NCBI GenBank assembly: GCA_963657885.1 | Contig: CAVKNZ010000003.1 | Span: 4,134 to 68,133 of the forward strand | From: Bacteroidaceae bacterium | Lineage (GTDB): Bacteria; Bacillota_I; Bacilli_A; RFN20; CAG-826 | Direction of reading: 5' to 3' | DNA length: 64,000 nucleotides | In this document: positions 10,190 to 22,290 of the stretch, piece after piece | Position numbering within the stretch: position 1 is the stretch's first letter | Layout of the letters: every line of letters starts with the position of its first letter | Made by a program: the position numbers and the translations under genes | The notes under the pieces: generated by a model | Database searches by the model: none | The model's input: the letters and a program-made list of their open reading frames with translations, nothing else | What the model was told of the DNA's origin: nothing

Positions 10190-11611
10190 ATGTCCAATAC
10201 TAATTTAGCCGTTCGCTTTACAGATGAAGTATACGCCACGCGACAAATGGTGGCTCGTGAACTAGGCACAAATTTAATTGATTCTATTTGGAAACAAATT
10301 ATTGATTATCGAAGAGGTTTTTCTGTTTCTTTGCCTTTATACGATGTGAGCAAAGCTCAATTTAGCCTAACTTTCACTGATTCAGTCAAAGAAAATTGCA
10401 AACGTCTTGAAAATAGACTTAACTCAACTTTTGAAGAATACAATTCCTTAAAAGATGGCGTTATCGGGAAAGATGTTTTGCAAAAAGACATGCTTAAAAT
10501 GTCTTTAAGATATCTCGCTCATTTTAAAGGCATCATCATTAACGATATTGCGATTGATAACATTCTTAGAGGAGAAAATAATAATCTTTTATACGAGCCT
10601 CTTTGTTCATATTTAAATTCTTTGAAGCAATTAAAAAATTACAATTTCGATAAAATCGATGAAAATTTACTTGCTTTCTATCTTGCTAATCTTTCTAACA
10701 ACAGCGAATTATCTTTCTTTTATAGAGACAGGGAAATTGAATCACCAAGTCAAAAAGTATTAATTAATCGTGAATATAATGGAGCTCCAGTGACTCTTAT
10801 TGAGCCATTAATGAATACGTTATTTAATTTTATTAACGATGAAAGAAATGATGTTATTGTGCGAATGGCCTCATCTTTATTCATGATTAACTACATTAAG
10901 CCATTTGAAAAATATAACGAAGAAATTTCTGTCTTAGTTGCAAAAAGCTTGCTCAGCAAAACAATTTCTAAAGAATTTGTAAGCATTCTTCCTTTGGAAG
11001 TTGTGCTTTACGAAAATAAAGATTGCCTTAATACGGCTTCAAAAGAAGCTCAGAAAAATCGTGATTTAACCTATTACTTAAATGAAATTATTCGTTTAAG
11101 TGAAGATGTTGTTTCCTCCTTTGCTAATCGTTTAGTTCAATTGACTCACGATTCGCTAGCGGATGAATATTTTGAAAAAAATGAAGCACCAGTAGAGGAA
11201 AAGGTTGAAGAAAATGAGACAACTTTGAGCGAAGAAAGCTTAACAAAGTATATTGCCAAGGAAGAAAAAGAAGAACCTCTTCAAGTTGAAGAAAAACCGA
11301 TCAAAAAGGTTGAATTAGCAAATAATAATCCAATGGTAAATGTCCATAAATTCGAAGAACTTGATGAAAAAGCACTCAATCGCGCCGCGAATGATTTACT
11401 CGAAAGTGATCCAAATCTTCGACCGAGTCAAGCTCATTTCTATGTTAGACATTGTACTCTTGGGAAATACTACACAATTCAACAGTTTAAAAAATGCGAA
11501 AAGGTTGTCTATGAAACGGCAAGAACATCGATGGAATATCTTGCTAGAGCTGGATATTATAGACGTGAACAAGTAAAAAATAAGTTTGTTTACACTCCTA
11601 TTTCAAAATAG
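10190..11611 (+). CDS. Fic-domain-like protein with a degenerate active-site motif and a C-terminal winged-helix-like region
   Basis: Strong SD (AAAGGAG). The Fic core context ...YRDREI...LFMINYIKPFEKYNEEISVLVAKSLL has KPFEKYNEE where HPFxxGNGR is expected. An acidic linker follows, then YYTIQQF...TARTSMEYLARAGYY. Confidence 0.55.
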   Translation: MSNTNLAVRFTDEVYATRQMVARELGTNLIDSIWKQIIDYRRGFSVSLPLYDVSKAQFSLTFTDSVKENCKRLENRLNSTFEEYNSLKDGVIGKDVLQKDMLKMSLRYLAHFKGIIINDIAIDNILRGENNNLLYEPLCSYLNSLKQLKNYNFDKIDENLLAFYLANLSNNSELSFFYRDREIESPSQKVLINREYNGAPVTLIEPLMNTLFNFINDERNDVIVRMASSLFMINYIKPFEKYNEEISVLVAKSLLSKTISKEFVSILPLEVVLYENKDCLNTASKEAQKNRDLTYYLNEIIRLSEDVVSSFANRLVQLTHDSLADEYFEKNEAPVEEKVEENETTLSEESLTKYIAKEEKEEPLQVEEKPIKKVELANNNPMVNVHKFEELDEKALNRAANDLLESDPNLRPSQAHFYVRHCTLGKYYTIQQFKKCEKVVYETARTSMEYLARAGYYRREQVKNKFVYTPISK

Positions 11612-11634
11612 TAAAATAACGGAGGTAAATTGCT

Positions 11635-11904
11635 ATGAAAACATTAACTAGTGTATGGGAGAATCCCTTCGTTATCATCGGGCTCGTATTAGCCTTCTTT
11701 GGAATAATTATCTTAATAATTATCCTTGTTAAAAGACATGTTAAACCTTTGCAAATTAAAAAGGACGATATTGATGAACAAGTTGCTGTTCAGCAAGAAT
11801 TAGATCGCATTTTAGTTCCTATTGAAGATGAAAACATTCAAAAGGAGATGCAAGAAAAGACTGAACACATCGAAAAAACTCCTTCTGATGAGAAGAAAAA
11901 CTAA
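11635..11904 (+). CDS. Small single-pass membrane protein (89 aa) with a charged cytoplasmic tail
   Basis: SD is ACGGAGG. One hydrophobic helix (FVIIGLVLAFFGIIILIIILV) is followed by a K/E/D-rich tail. No family recognised. Confidence 0.6.
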   Translation: MKTLTSVWENPFVIIGLVLAFFGIIILIIILVKRHVKPLQIKKDDIDEQVAVQQELDRILVPIEDENIQKEMQEKTEHIEKTPSDEKKN

Positions 11905-12982
11905 CGCACTTTATGTGCATGTTCCTTTCTGTGAACATATCTGCGCATATTGCGACTTTACAAAATTATTTTATAATCAAAAATTTATTGAGCCTTATCT
12001 TGAGGCTCTTTTCAAAGAAATAGACTCATTTAATATTGATAAAGTCGACACCATTTATATCGGTGGAGGCACTCCAAGTGCTTTAAACGATTCAGAATTA
12101 GAAGCAATTTTAAAGAAAGTTTCACCTTTTTTAAGAGAAAATGGTGAGTTTAGCGTTGAGGGCAATGTTGAAAATCTTACATTAAGCAAACTCAAACTAT
12201 TAAAAAAATATGGAGTTAATCGCCTTTCTATCGGTGTGGAAGCCACGACAAATGATGCTTTAGAACTATTGAATAGACATCATACTTTCTTAGAAACAAA
12301 GAAAGTCATATCAATGGCTAGAGAAGTTGGCTTTAATAATATTAATGTAGATTTAATATATGGCTATCCAAATGAAACTATCGATGTTTTAAATATTGAT
12401 TTAGAAAATATATTAAGTTTAAACACTGAACACATTTCTATTTACTCTTTGACAGTTAATCCTGGAACGCTATTCAAAAATAGAGGCATCAAAGAGCAAA
12501 ATGAAGATGACTCAAGACTTTTTTACGAAGTAATCCTAAAAAAGTTAAGAGAAAATGGCTATATTCGTTATGAAGTAAGCAATTTTGCAAAGCCTAATTA
12601 TTATTCGCGTCACAATTTAGTTTATTGGAAAGATGAAGAATATTTTGGTGTGGGCTTAGGAGCGTCAGGTTACTTAAATGGAGTTAGATACACAAATACA
12701 AAAAATCTAGAAAAATACATAAAAGGTCAATACATTGATGTCCAAGAAAAGTTAACAAAGGATGAAGAAATCGCGGATTTTTTATTAACCAATCTTCGCC
12801 TTGAACAAGGTTTTAAAAAATTAACATTTAAAAATCGCTTTGGCTTTGACTTCTTAGATAAGTATCAAAATAAAGCGATGAAATTAATTGATGCTAAATT
12901 GTTAATAGCAAATGATGATACAATTAGAGCAAGCGATGAGGGCATATTGCTTCTTGATCGCATTTTATTAGAACTATTATGA
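11888..12982 (+). CDS. hemW: Radical-SAM heme chaperone HemW (HemN-like, oxygen-independent coproporphyrinogen oxidase family)
   Basis: ALYVHVPFCEHICAYCDF is a CxxxCxxC radical-SAM motif. The position after lepA and before hrcA matches Bacillus. I chose the ATG at 11888, which overlaps the previous ORF by 17 nt. Confidence 0.85.
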   Translation: MRRKTNALYVHVPFCEHICAYCDFTKLFYNQKFIEPYLEALFKEIDSFNIDKVDTIYIGGGTPSALNDSELEAILKKVSPFLRENGEFSVEGNVENLTLSKLKLLKKYGVNRLSIGVEATTNDALELLNRHHTFLETKKVISMAREVGFNNINVDLIYGYPNETIDVLNIDLENILSLNTEHISIYSLTVNPGTLFKNRGIKEQNEDDSRLFYEVILKKLRENGYIRYEVSNFAKPNYYSRHNLVYWKDEEYFGVGLGASGYLNGVRYTNTKNLEKYIKGQYIDVQEKLTKDEEIADFLLTNLRLEQGFKKLTFKNRFGFDFLDKYQNKAMKLIDAKLLIANDDTIRASDEGILLLDRILLELL

Positions 12983-13407
12983 ATACAGCAAAATTCCCAA
13001 AAAGAGTTATCTCTTATGTCTTTGACATGATACTTTCTTTTTTGTTTTCGTTGGCGTTAGTTATTTTAGGTAGCGTCTTTATTCCTGGCTTTGCTGATTT
13101 AGGTATTTTCTACATTGTTTTGATATTTTTTGGCTTACTTTGGTTTATTTATACTTTCATATTCACTTTTTGGCTTTTTATTAGTAATGGTCGAAGCTTA
13201 GGCATGCTCATCTTCGGCTTAAGAGTGGTGCATAAAGATATTTCTCGCTTGAGTTTTGGCGATTGTCTTGCCCGTTCAGCGAGCGAAGGAATGATTGTCT
13301 TTGTTGTTATCGATTTATTTTACGTGCTTATTAACAATACTGAGAGAACTGCTTTCGATCGTATTTCAAACACTTATGTTGTCGATTGGCGACACCGATC
13401 GAACTAA
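12979..13407 (+). CDS. RDD-family-like small membrane protein
   Basis: 142 aa with three hydrophobic helices, an N-terminal KRVISYVFDMILS and a C-terminal R..FDR pattern resembling RDD-domain proteins. ATGA overlap with hemW. Confidence 0.5.
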   Translation: MNTAKFPKRVISYVFDMILSFLFSLALVILGSVFIPGFADLGIFYIVLIFFGLLWFIYTFIFTFWLFISNGRSLGMLIFGLRVVHKDISRLSFGDCLARSASEGMIVFVVIDLFYVLINNTERTAFDRISNTYVVDWRHRSN

Positions 13408-13463
13408 TTTTTACTCAATTTTTAAAATTAATAGCTTTGCTATTGCAAAATATTTTTAATTTT

Positions 13464-13490
13464 TTAGCACTTTATGCTTGACAGTGCCAA
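13464..13490. promoter_or_regulatory. CIRCE-like HrcA operator (upstream copy, overlaps the -35 box)
   Basis: TTAGCACTT-N9-CAGTGCCAA, compared with the consensus TTAGCACTC-N9-GAGTGCTAA. Confidence 0.7.
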
Positions 13491-13505
13491 AAAGCTTTTT
13501 ATAAT
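13478..13505 (+). promoter_or_regulatory. hrcA operon promoter, TTGACA-N16-TATAAT
   Basis: TTGACA at 13478-13483 and TATAAT at 13500-13505, placed between the two CIRCE elements. Confidence 0.75.
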
Positions 13506-13510
13506 TATGA

Positions 13511-13537
13511 TTAGCACTCCGGAAGAATGAGTGCCAA
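13511..13537. promoter_or_regulatory. CIRCE HrcA operator (downstream copy)
   Basis: TTAGCACTC-cggaagaat-GAGTGCCAA matches the CIRCE consensus at 17 of 18 positions. It lies just upstream of the hrcA SD. Confidence 0.9.
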
Positions 13538-14571
13538 AAAGGAGGCCAATATGAACAGACGAGAAAAAGTTTTGAAGCTTATTGTCGAGCACTTTATTAA
13601 AAATGCCCAACCAGTTGGTAGCAAAACTTTGATTGATGAATATGGTCTTGATTATTCCTCAGCGACTATTCGCAGTGAAATGAACGCGCTTGAACAAGAT
13701 GGTTATCTTGAGAAAACGCACACTTCCAGCGGTCGCGTGCCTTCTTCAAAAGGTTATCGATATTATATTGAACACTTGCGTGAAGGAAGCCTTGATCAAG
13801 AATTCAAATATCAGATGCAATCGATTTTCGACCAAAAAGTTCAGTCCATTCAAGATGTTATTTCCCAATCTTGTGAAATATTATCGCAGATGACAAACTT
13901 AGCTAGCATTGTCCTTGGACCTGATTCTAACAATGAACATCTAGTCTCAGTTCAATTGGTGCCTATCACTGATTCAAGTGCGACATGCGTCTTTGTCACC
14001 GACCAGGGCTATGTTGGCAACAAAACCTTCTTAATTGAAAGCAAGGATAAACTTCAAGATGTTGAAAAATGTGTGAAGTTATTCAACGATCGATTAAAAG
14101 GCACGCCGATAAGCGAGCTCATGGGCAAAATGCAAGCCATTCGTCCATTGCTCAATGACTTAGTAATTGATCACGATGTCATCTATTCAGCAATGGTGAA
14201 GACCTTCATGGAATTCGCCAAAGATCGATTGTTCGCATTTGGAAAAGAAGAACTCTTCGCTCAACCAGAGTTTGCAAACGATGCGGCCAAGATAAAAAGG
14301 ATGATCGAATTATTCGATAGACCTGATATCTTCCGAGAAGTAGAAGAAAGCACTTCAGGCAGTATTGCCATCCACATCGGAGGCGAAACTAATGGCGATG
14401 ATGATGTTTCAATTGTCCAAGCAAAACTTAAAATGCCGGGCAAGCAAGAACGTTCCATCGCAGTGGTTGGTCCAAAGAGAATGGATTATGACAAGGTTGT
14501 TTCATCATTAGAATATCTAATCAAACAATTAAATGTTTATTACGATGAGAAGCCTAGAAAGGAAGTTAGCA

Positions 14572-16973
<2,402 letters not shown>

Positions 16974-16990
16974 TTGTTAATCTATAAATA

Positions 16991-17015
16991 AGCGTGGGGA
17001 CTTTGTCCCCTCGCT
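16991..17015 (+). terminator. GC-rich hairpin between dnaK and dnaJ (attenuator or processing hairpin; weak T-tract)
   Basis: AGCGTGGGGAC-ttt-GTCCCCTCGCT pairs at 10 of 11 positions and is followed only by TT. Confidence 0.45.
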
Positions 17016-17041
17016 TTGACGATTAGAAAGGAAGTGTAGCA

Positions 17042-18184
17042 ATGGCAAAAAGAGATTTTTATGAAGTATTGGGAATTTCTAAAAGTGCTTCAAAAGATGA
17101 AATCAAAAGCGCTTATCGAAAACTAGCCAAGAAATATCACCCAGATTTAAATCATGAACCAGGTGCTGCTGATAAGTTTAAAGAAGTCCAAGAAGCTTAC
17201 GATATTCTTTACGATGATAAAAAACGTCAAATGTATGATCAATTTGGCATGGCTGCTTTTGAACAAGGCGCCTCTACCGGTGGATATGGCAACCCATTCC
17301 AAGGTGGCGGATTCTCTTCTCAAGGCTTTGGCGATATCGACTTAGGCGACATATTTTCTTCTTTCTTTGGCGGAGGAGCTCGCTCTTCTTCTAGACAAAG
17401 CTATGGTCCTAGACGTGGAGATGACACTCTTCAAAGAATTCGCGTTCCATTTATGGATGCAATTATGGGCAAAAAAGTTCTCGTGCCAGTTAGCTACGAT
17501 GAAAAATGTGCCACTTGTAATGGTACAGGCGCTAAATCCGCGAGCGACATTGAAACTTGTCCAAACTGTCAAGGCAAAGGCTATGTCAAAACTCAACAGC
17601 GAACCATCTTTGGCGTTATGGAAGGTCAAAGCACTTGTCCAAAATGTGGTGGAACTGGCAAGATTATCAAAGAAAAATGTCCAGATTGCTTAGGTAAAGG
17701 ATATAAACATATTAAACGCGATATGGAAGTCAACATTCCTGCTGGAATTAACGAAGGGCAGCAAATTGTCATTCGTGGTAAAGGCGGACGTGGAGTTAAC
17801 GGAGGCGATAATGGTGATCTTTATCTTGAAATCGTCATCATTCCTCATGAATATTTCAAACGTGACGGAAATGATATACATATCGATGTTCCAATTAGCT
17901 TTATCGATGCAACTTTAGGCAAAAAGATTGATGTTCCAACAGTTTATGGAGATGTTGAAGTAGATATTCCGGCTGGCACTCAACCAAATCAAATACTTCG
18001 CTTAAAAGGACGAGGTGTTAAAGATTTAAGAAAAGGAACGCCTGGCGATCAATATATCCACGTTCAAATCAAAACTCCTACTAAAATTAGCAAAGAGCAA
18101 AAAGATCTTCTTGAACAATTCCAAAAAGCTGAAAAAAAAGAAGATTCGTTCTTTGAAAAATTTAAGAAAAATTTCAAAAAATAA
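17042..18184 (+). CDS. dnaJ: Co-chaperone DnaJ (type I)
   Basis: J-domain with the HPD motif (KKYHPDLN), a G/F-rich linker, and four CxxCxGxG zinc-finger repeats. Confidence 0.97.
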   Translation: MAKRDFYEVLGISKSASKDEIKSAYRKLAKKYHPDLNHEPGAADKFKEVQEAYDILYDDKKRQMYDQFGMAAFEQGASTGGYGNPFQGGGFSSQGFGDIDLGDIFSSFFGGGARSSSRQSYGPRRGDDTLQRIRVPFMDAIMGKKVLVPVSYDEKCATCNGTGAKSASDIETCPNCQGKGYVKTQQRTIFGVMEGQSTCPKCGGTGKIIKEKCPDCLGKGYKHIKRDMEVNIPAGINEGQQIVIRGKGGRGVNGGDNGDLYLEIVIIPHEYFKRDGNDIHIDVPISFIDATLGKKIDVPTVYGDVEVDIPAGTQPNQILRLKGRGVKDLRKGTPGDQYIHVQIKTPTKISKEQKDLLEQFQKAEKKEDSFFEKFKKNFKK

Positions 18185-18200
18185 ATCTTTAGATTTAAAT

Positions 18201-18228
18201 AGACCGGTTCAGCCGGTCTTTATTTATG
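18201..18228 (+). terminator. Rho-independent terminator after dnaJ
   Basis: AGACCGG-ttcag-CCGGTCT followed by TTATTTAT. Confidence 0.7.
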
Positions 18229-18271
18229 AAAAGTAAAATTATGGTAAAATTGTACTTGTGAGGATGAATTA

Positions 18272-18727
18272 ATGAACAAATATATGAAAATTGCGATTGG
18301 TGAAGCTCGCAAGGGCATTCGCCATGGTCATGGTGGCCCTTTCGGCGCGGTCATCGTAAAAGATGGTGTAGTTGTTGGAAAAGGCCATAATCAAGTTGTT
18401 AAAAATAATGATCCAACTTGCCACGGAGAGATGATGGCAATTCATAAAGCTTGTAAAACTTTAGGCACATTCGACTTGAGTGGATGCGAAATTTACACTA
18501 CTGGAGAACCTTGTCCTATGTGCATGGCCGCTATCTTATGGGCGAATATTGAAAAAGTTTACTACGGTTGCAACATTGTTGATACTGAGGAAATTGGATT
18601 CCGTGACAAGAAGTTCTACGATATGAGTGAAGAAGAAAGAAACGCGATGGTCGTTGAACTCGATAGAAAAGCAGTTTTAAAACTATACGCTGAATATAAA
18701 GCGGACAAAGACCGAGTCGCTTATTAA
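18272..18727 (+). CDS. guaD: CMP/dCMP-type zinc deaminase, most similar to guanine deaminase GuaD
   Basis: GGPFGAVIVKDGVVVGKGHNQV..DPTCHGEMMAI...GEPCPMCMAAILWA closely parallels B. subtilis GuaD as I recall it (GGPFGAVIVKDG, PCPMC). An extended -10 TGgTAAAAT lies at 18242-18250. Confidence 0.6.
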   Translation: MNKYMKIAIGEARKGIRHGHGGPFGAVIVKDGVVVGKGHNQVVKNNDPTCHGEMMAIHKACKTLGTFDLSGCEIYTTGEPCPMCMAAILWANIEKVYYGCNIVDTEEIGFRDKKFYDMSEEERNAMVVELDRKAVLKLYAEYKADKDRVAY

Positions 18728-18745
18728 TAAATTTGATTTATTATT

Positions 18746-18767
18746 GAGGTGGAGACACCTCTTTTTT
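18746..18767 (+). terminator. Rho-independent terminator after the deaminase gene
   Basis: GAGGTG-gaga-CACCTC followed by TTTTTT. Confidence 0.8.
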
Positions 18768-18768
18768 G

Positions 18769-18777
18769 TGTTACAAT
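18769..18777 (+). promoter_or_regulatory. Extended -10 box TGtTACAAT, 6 nt upstream of the ABC-F ATG
   Basis: TG at 18769-18770 and TACAAT at 18772-18777; the ATG is at 18784. No SD. Confidence 0.5.
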
Positions 18778-18783
18778 ACCGGC

Positions 18784-20319
18784 ATGGCTTTAGTGGAATT
18801 AAAAGATGTCGATTTTAATTATGCAGATAAGGAACTATATCGTTCTATCTCTTTAAAAATCAATGAAGGAGAGCATTGCGTTTTAGTCGGTGTCAATGGT
18901 TCGGGAAAGACCACGATTTTAGATTTGTTAACTAAAAAATTGTCTCCTGATAGCGGCAGTGTTATTTGGACTCCTCATGTTACTTTTTCTTATCTAGATC
19001 AAAATTTAAAAATCGACCAGGATTTATTGACTCGCGATTATCTTCATCAAACCTATGCCCATCTATTTACTTTAGAAGCGGAGATGGAGCATTTTTATGA
19101 GTTATCGGCAACAGATTTAGCTAATTTTGAAAAGCATTTGAGCAATGCTCAAAAAATCCAAGATGAACTCATGCAAGTTGGCTTCTATTCCATTAAGGAA
19201 ACGATTGATAAATTAATCGATGGTTTAGGCATTAAGCAAGATCGCTTAGACATTCCTTTATCTAAATTATCCTCTGGTCAAAGAGAGAAAGTTTATTTAG
19301 CAAGGATGCTATTAGAAAATAAAGATGTCCTTTTCCTTGATGAACCAACAAATTTTCTTGATGAATCGCAAGTAAGTTGGCTAGCTAGCTATCTATGTGC
19401 ATATCCTAAAGCTTTTCTTGTGGTTTCTCACGACCAATCTTTTCTTAGGAAAATCGCAACCGTGGTTTTTTCTTTAGAAAATAGAACCGTTGCTCGTTAC
19501 CGAGGAAGTTTTGATCATTTTCTTGAACAAAACGCTTTGGATAAAGAAATGTATGAAAAACGGTATAACGCTCAGCAAAGATATATTAAAAATGAAGAAG
19601 ATTTCATTCAAAAACATATCGTGAGAGCGACATCTTCTAGAGCTGCGAAAAGCCGAAGAGCTCGCCTTGCTCATTTAGAAAGATTAGAAACACCAGCAAA
19701 AGAAGAAGGCGTTACTTATTTTAATTTCCCATCTATAAAAGCTACAGGTAAAGAGACACTTGTGGTCGACAATTTAGTTATTGGCCATGACAAAAAAGCA
19801 CTTCTTGATCCAATTACTTTCACACTTTTTAGAAACGAAAAGATTGCTATTATTGGAAAAAATGGTGTTGGCAAGACAACATTTTTAAAGACGATTCTCA
19901 ATATTATTAATCCTATTGATGGTCATTATAAATGGTTTGAAAAGACAGTCATCAATTTCTATAGTCAAGAAAATAATCTTGACTTAAATTTATCGCCATT
20001 TGAACTTATTAAAAGTAATTATCCATCATTAACTAACACTGAAATTCGCACGCTTTTAGGCTCTTCCGGTTTAAGAAAAGAACTAGCGATGCGTAGGATG
20101 AAAGAATTAAGTGGCGGAGAAGTCACTAAAGCGCGTCTAGCCTTAATGAGCTTGAAGAAATCGAACTTTTTAGTTTTTGATGAACCGACAAATCACTTAG
20201 ATGTTAAAGCTAAAGAAGCTCTTTTTGAGGCTATCGATAAATTTGATGGAGGAGTCATCATCGTTTCTCATGAAAAAGATTTCTATGACGGCTTAGTTGA
20301 TTACGAAATTCATTTTTAA
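18784..20319 (+). CDS. ABC-F family ATPase (two NBDs, no membrane domain); translation-factor or ribosome-protection type
   Basis: Two Walker A motifs (GVNGSGKTT, GKNGVGKTT), two signature motifs (LSSGQ, LSGGE), and an inter-domain basic linker (RATSSRAAKSRRARL). Start taken at MALVELKDV. Confidence 0.85.
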   Translation: MALVELKDVDFNYADKELYRSISLKINEGEHCVLVGVNGSGKTTILDLLTKKLSPDSGSVIWTPHVTFSYLDQNLKIDQDLLTRDYLHQTYAHLFTLEAEMEHFYELSATDLANFEKHLSNAQKIQDELMQVGFYSIKETIDKLIDGLGIKQDRLDIPLSKLSSGQREKVYLARMLLENKDVLFLDEPTNFLDESQVSWLASYLCAYPKAFLVVSHDQSFLRKIATVVFSLENRTVARYRGSFDHFLEQNALDKEMYEKRYNAQQRYIKNEEDFIQKHIVRATSSRAAKSRRARLAHLERLETPAKEEGVTYFNFPSIKATGKETLVVDNLVIGHDKKALLDPITFTLFRNEKIAIIGKNGVGKTTFLKTILNIINPIDGHYKWFEKTVINFYSQENNLDLNLSPFELIKSNYPSLTNTEIRTLLGSSGLRKELAMRRMKELSGGEVTKARLALMSLKKSNFLVFDEPTNHLDVKAKEALFEAIDKFDGGVIIVSHEKDFYDGLVDYEIHF

Positions 20320-20348
20320 AATGATGATGTTATACTAGAATAGTATTT

Positions 20349-20783
20349 ATGCTTAAATGTAAAAGTTGTCACGCCAGTTTATCTAGACTTGATAAGGATA
20401 TCTGTCCTTTCTGCGGAGCAAAAAAACCGTTAGAAGGTCAAGAGGATGTTACTGAAGATATCACCAAGGCTTTCGATCCAATTACTTGCAAAGAAAAAAT
20501 TGTCCGTAAAAAGAAAGTTGTTGCCTTTTTTTTAACGCTTTTTCTCGGTATTTTTGGAGTTCATATGTTTTATTTAGGCAAGAAAAAGGATGGCTTAATT
20601 ACTTTAGCGGCTTCGATGAGTTTTATCGTTATATTAGGTCTCATTCTTTATTTTACTTGCCTAAATAATGTCTTCGCTTTTTTAATTCCTTATTTTGCTA
20701 CAGAGCTTTTGATGATAATTTCTTCTATATTGATATTAGTTAGAAACGACATTGTCGATGGCAACGGAGAATTTTTAGAATAA
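20349..20783 (+). CDS. Zinc-ribbon plus TM2-domain membrane protein
   Basis: N-terminal CKSC...CPFCG, then FLTLFLGIFGVHMFYLGKKKDG, which is typical of TM2 domains. Confidence 0.6.
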   Translation: MLKCKSCHASLSRLDKDICPFCGAKKPLEGQEDVTEDITKAFDPITCKEKIVRKKKVVAFFLTLFLGIFGVHMFYLGKKKDGLITLAASMSFIVILGLILYFTCLNNVFAFLIPYFATELLMIISSILILVRNDIVDGNGEFLE

Positions 20784-21502
20784 TGCAACGATATTTTGGT
20801 TCTATTGTCGATAAAAGAGTATTGCTTAATCGCGATGATGTTTTTCATCTAACCAAAGTGATGCGAGCAAGAGAAAACGAAGAAATAGAAGTCGTTTCTG
20901 ATGAAATACCTTTTCTATGTGTTATTAAATCTTTAAAACCATTAGAAATTGTTGTTAAAAAACAAATTCATGAAAAACGTGAACTTGATAATAACATCAC
21001 TTTAATCTGTGCTTTACTAAAAGGCGATAAATTGAATTTTGTTCTACAAAAAGCAACTGAATTAGGTGTCTATGAAATTGTTCTTTTATCTAGCGACCGC
21101 ACAATCGTAAAAAGCAAAGATTTTGATACTTCTAAAAAATTAGAAAGATATAATCGCATTTTAAAAGAAGCTAGTGAACAATCGCATCGTTCACGCATTC
21201 CTTTGATGTATCGCCTCATCAATATCGATGAATTAGGCAAAATTAAAGGTGATATTAAAATGATTGCTTATGAAGAAGAAGCAGGAAAAACTGATTCTTT
21301 TTTCGCTCAAATAAAGAAAATTAATAAAGGCGATAAAGTTAATATTGTCATTGGCCCTGAAGGTGGCTTCAGCGAAGATGAAGTCGAAAGAGCTAAAAAG
21401 ATGGGATACGTTCCAATTTCTTTAGGTAGAAGAATTCTTCGCGCGGAAACTGCATCGATATTTGCCTTAAGTGTTTTAAGTGCATCTTTGGAAAGGAAAT
21501 AG
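20783..21502 (+). CDS. rsmE: 16S rRNA (uracil1498-N3)-methyltransferase RsmE
   Basis: MQRYF...; C-terminal IVIGPEGGFSEDEV...LGRRILRAETA is the RsmE signature. Confidence 0.9.
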   Translation: MQRYFGSIVDKRVLLNRDDVFHLTKVMRARENEEIEVVSDEIPFLCVIKSLKPLEIVVKKQIHEKRELDNNITLICALLKGDKLNFVLQKATELGVYEIVLLSSDRTIVKSKDFDTSKKLERYNRILKEASEQSHRSRIPLMYRLINIDELGKIKGDIKMIAYEEEAGKTDSFFAQIKKINKGDKVNIVIGPEGGFSEDEVERAKKMGYVPISLGRRILRAETASIFALSVLSASLERK

Positions 21503-21504
21503 CG

Positions 21505-22290
21505 ATGCATTTTTTTGAAACTTTATCGCGTTATCAAAAAGGCGTTAACTATCATAAAAGTGAAGATTATTATTTTTACGTTAATAATCGTCACCTTTTT
21601 TCAAATATTGAAATGTATCATTTTCTCTTAGATGCGAAAAACGAATTTGATGTCATTAGAGCTAACATTTTAATTAAAGCTATTCAAAATAAAGAAAAAT
21701 TTGAAAAAACAATAATCTTTGCCTATAACAAAAGTGATTTAAGAACCGATGAAGTTGCTAAATTCATTAAAAAAGAAACAGCATCTTTACCATATTTAGT
21801 CGACGGCAACAGTAAAATTTATATACCTATTTTTTCTAGAAGTGTGAACAGTTTATACACTTCTCAATTTGGGAAATTGTTAAAAGATCCTTACTCAAAA
21901 CTATTAACGAATTTTTCAACATCGTGCATCGATTTATTTGAAATGTATAATTTCGCTTTATACGATTCTTTATTTACGAAATTTATAACCATCTACAAAG
22001 ATAATAAAGTTATGGTGGTCTATCATTTCGATTTTAAAACCATCTACTTTATTAACAACCAAGGCCGTTTGGATGCACGTATCGCTCTATTTGATCGTTA
22101 CTTAAAAAATGTTGATGATTCTCGTATAATCGAAAGAATTAAGCCAGTCGTGGAACGTTATTTAGATAACGATAGAGAAGGAATGTATCAATCTCTTATT
22201 GTTAATAATTTAATTTCTGAAAAGATGATTTATAAAATCAAGCATCAAGAGTATCGCTTTAAAAGGAAGCTGAAAAGAAGAGCAAAATGA
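21505..22290 (+). CDS. Hypothetical protein (261 aa) inserted in the rsmE-mtaB operon
   Basis: A long ORF 2 nt after rsmE, with an ATGA overlap into mtaB. Basic C-terminal tail. No recognisable motif. Confidence 0.5.
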   Translation: MHFFETLSRYQKGVNYHKSEDYYFYVNNRHLFSNIEMYHFLLDAKNEFDVIRANILIKAIQNKEKFEKTIIFAYNKSDLRTDEVAKFIKKETASLPYLVDGNSKIYIPIFSRSVNSLYTSQFGKLLKDPYSKLLTNFSTSCIDLFEMYNFALYDSLFTKFITIYKDNKVMVVYHFDFKTIYFINNQGRLDARIALFDRYLKNVDDSRIIERIKPVVERYLDNDREGMYQSLIVNNLISEKMIYKIKHQEYRFKRKLKRRAK

